From Arenicellales bacterium (lineage in GTDB: Bacteria > Pseudomonadota > Gammaproteobacteria > Arenicellales > UBA868), in assembly GCA_028825345.1 (NCBI GenBank), contig JAPKAJ010000001.1, positions 1-35,909 of the forward strand: a stretch of 35,909 nt of DNA, written 5' to 3'. Shown piece after piece: positions 35,526 through 35,909 of the stretch (positions are counted from its first letter, which is position 1; each line of letters begins with the position of its first letter). The notes beneath the pieces were generated by a model. It made no database searches and was not told where the DNA came from. It was given only the letters and a program-made list of their open reading frames with translations. Made by a program: the position numbers and the translations under genes.

Positions 35526-35854
35526 TGCGGAAGATCCAATCCAATTCTGGACAAACGAGCATAACCCAGTTGTGACCCGGCTACCTCCTTGCTCATTGCA
35601 GCCCAGACCCTGCTGTGTAGGTATTAGTGGTTTGGACCAGTGACGTGGGAGGTTTTTGCTTAGGCTCAGGAGATCGAGTCTCTGGCTTTTAAGTGTTCTG
35701 TTTAATTGTTCAAGCTGCGGGGTTTTTCAAATTCGCTCACCTGGGTACGACGGCACTAACTACCAATCAATCGTCAAAACGGAAACTACCCCCGCTCCTA
35801 ATGCTCCGCATGTGTGGTGGCAACCGCCACCTCACCTACACTAGGAGTACAAAT

Positions 35855-35909
35855 ATGTTCAAAGCAATTGGTCAGTTCTTTACCGCATTATTCACCATGT
35901 TTTCAGCAC
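35855..35909 (+). CDS. Start of an unknown small or amphipathic protein (runs off window)
   Basis: AGGAG RBS (35843-35847) then ATG: MFKAIGQFFTALFTMFSA..., open to the window end. Confidence 0.5.
   Translation, partial: MFKAIGQFFTALFTMFSA

Overview
This window is a roughly 35 kb catabolic accessory region from a moderately GC-rich bacterium. A TonB-dependent receptor and a Yej-type ABC transporter indicate a Gram-negative host, probably a proteobacterium. It starts next to the 5' end of folD and contains no integrase, transposase, rRNA, tRNA or CRISPR array that I can recognise. Enzyme genes: three intact type-B carboxylesterases plus four broken copies or remnants, two paralogous amidohydrolases, an alpha/beta hydrolase, a Baeyer-Villiger monooxygenase (BVMO), a PhyH-type 2OG/Fe(II) dioxygenase, an SDR, a low-GC Zn alcohol dehydrogenase (ADH), an acyl-CoA ligase, an Ltp2-like thiolase-fold protein with a DUF35 partner, and ThuA, NIPSNAP, VOC and cupin-like proteins. 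Transport genes: two paralogous MFS transporters, the TonB-dependent receptor and a reordered yejBEFA-like ABC transporter. The main hidden structure is a 25-bp palindrome, ACTGAATATTGA-W-TCAATATTCAGT, present five times (963, 10953, 19645, 20496, 28186). A TTG-starting -35-like hexamer sits 17 bp from a CAnnAT -10-like hexamer on all 8 sides that face a gene start and on neither of the 2 sides that do not. This suggests a symmetric promoter-operator defining a regulon whose regulator is not in the window. Four of the five elements are followed by an esterase gene or an esterase scar, which suggests the regulon grew by copying an operator+esterase cassette and then deleting the esterase. The substrate and regulator are inference only.
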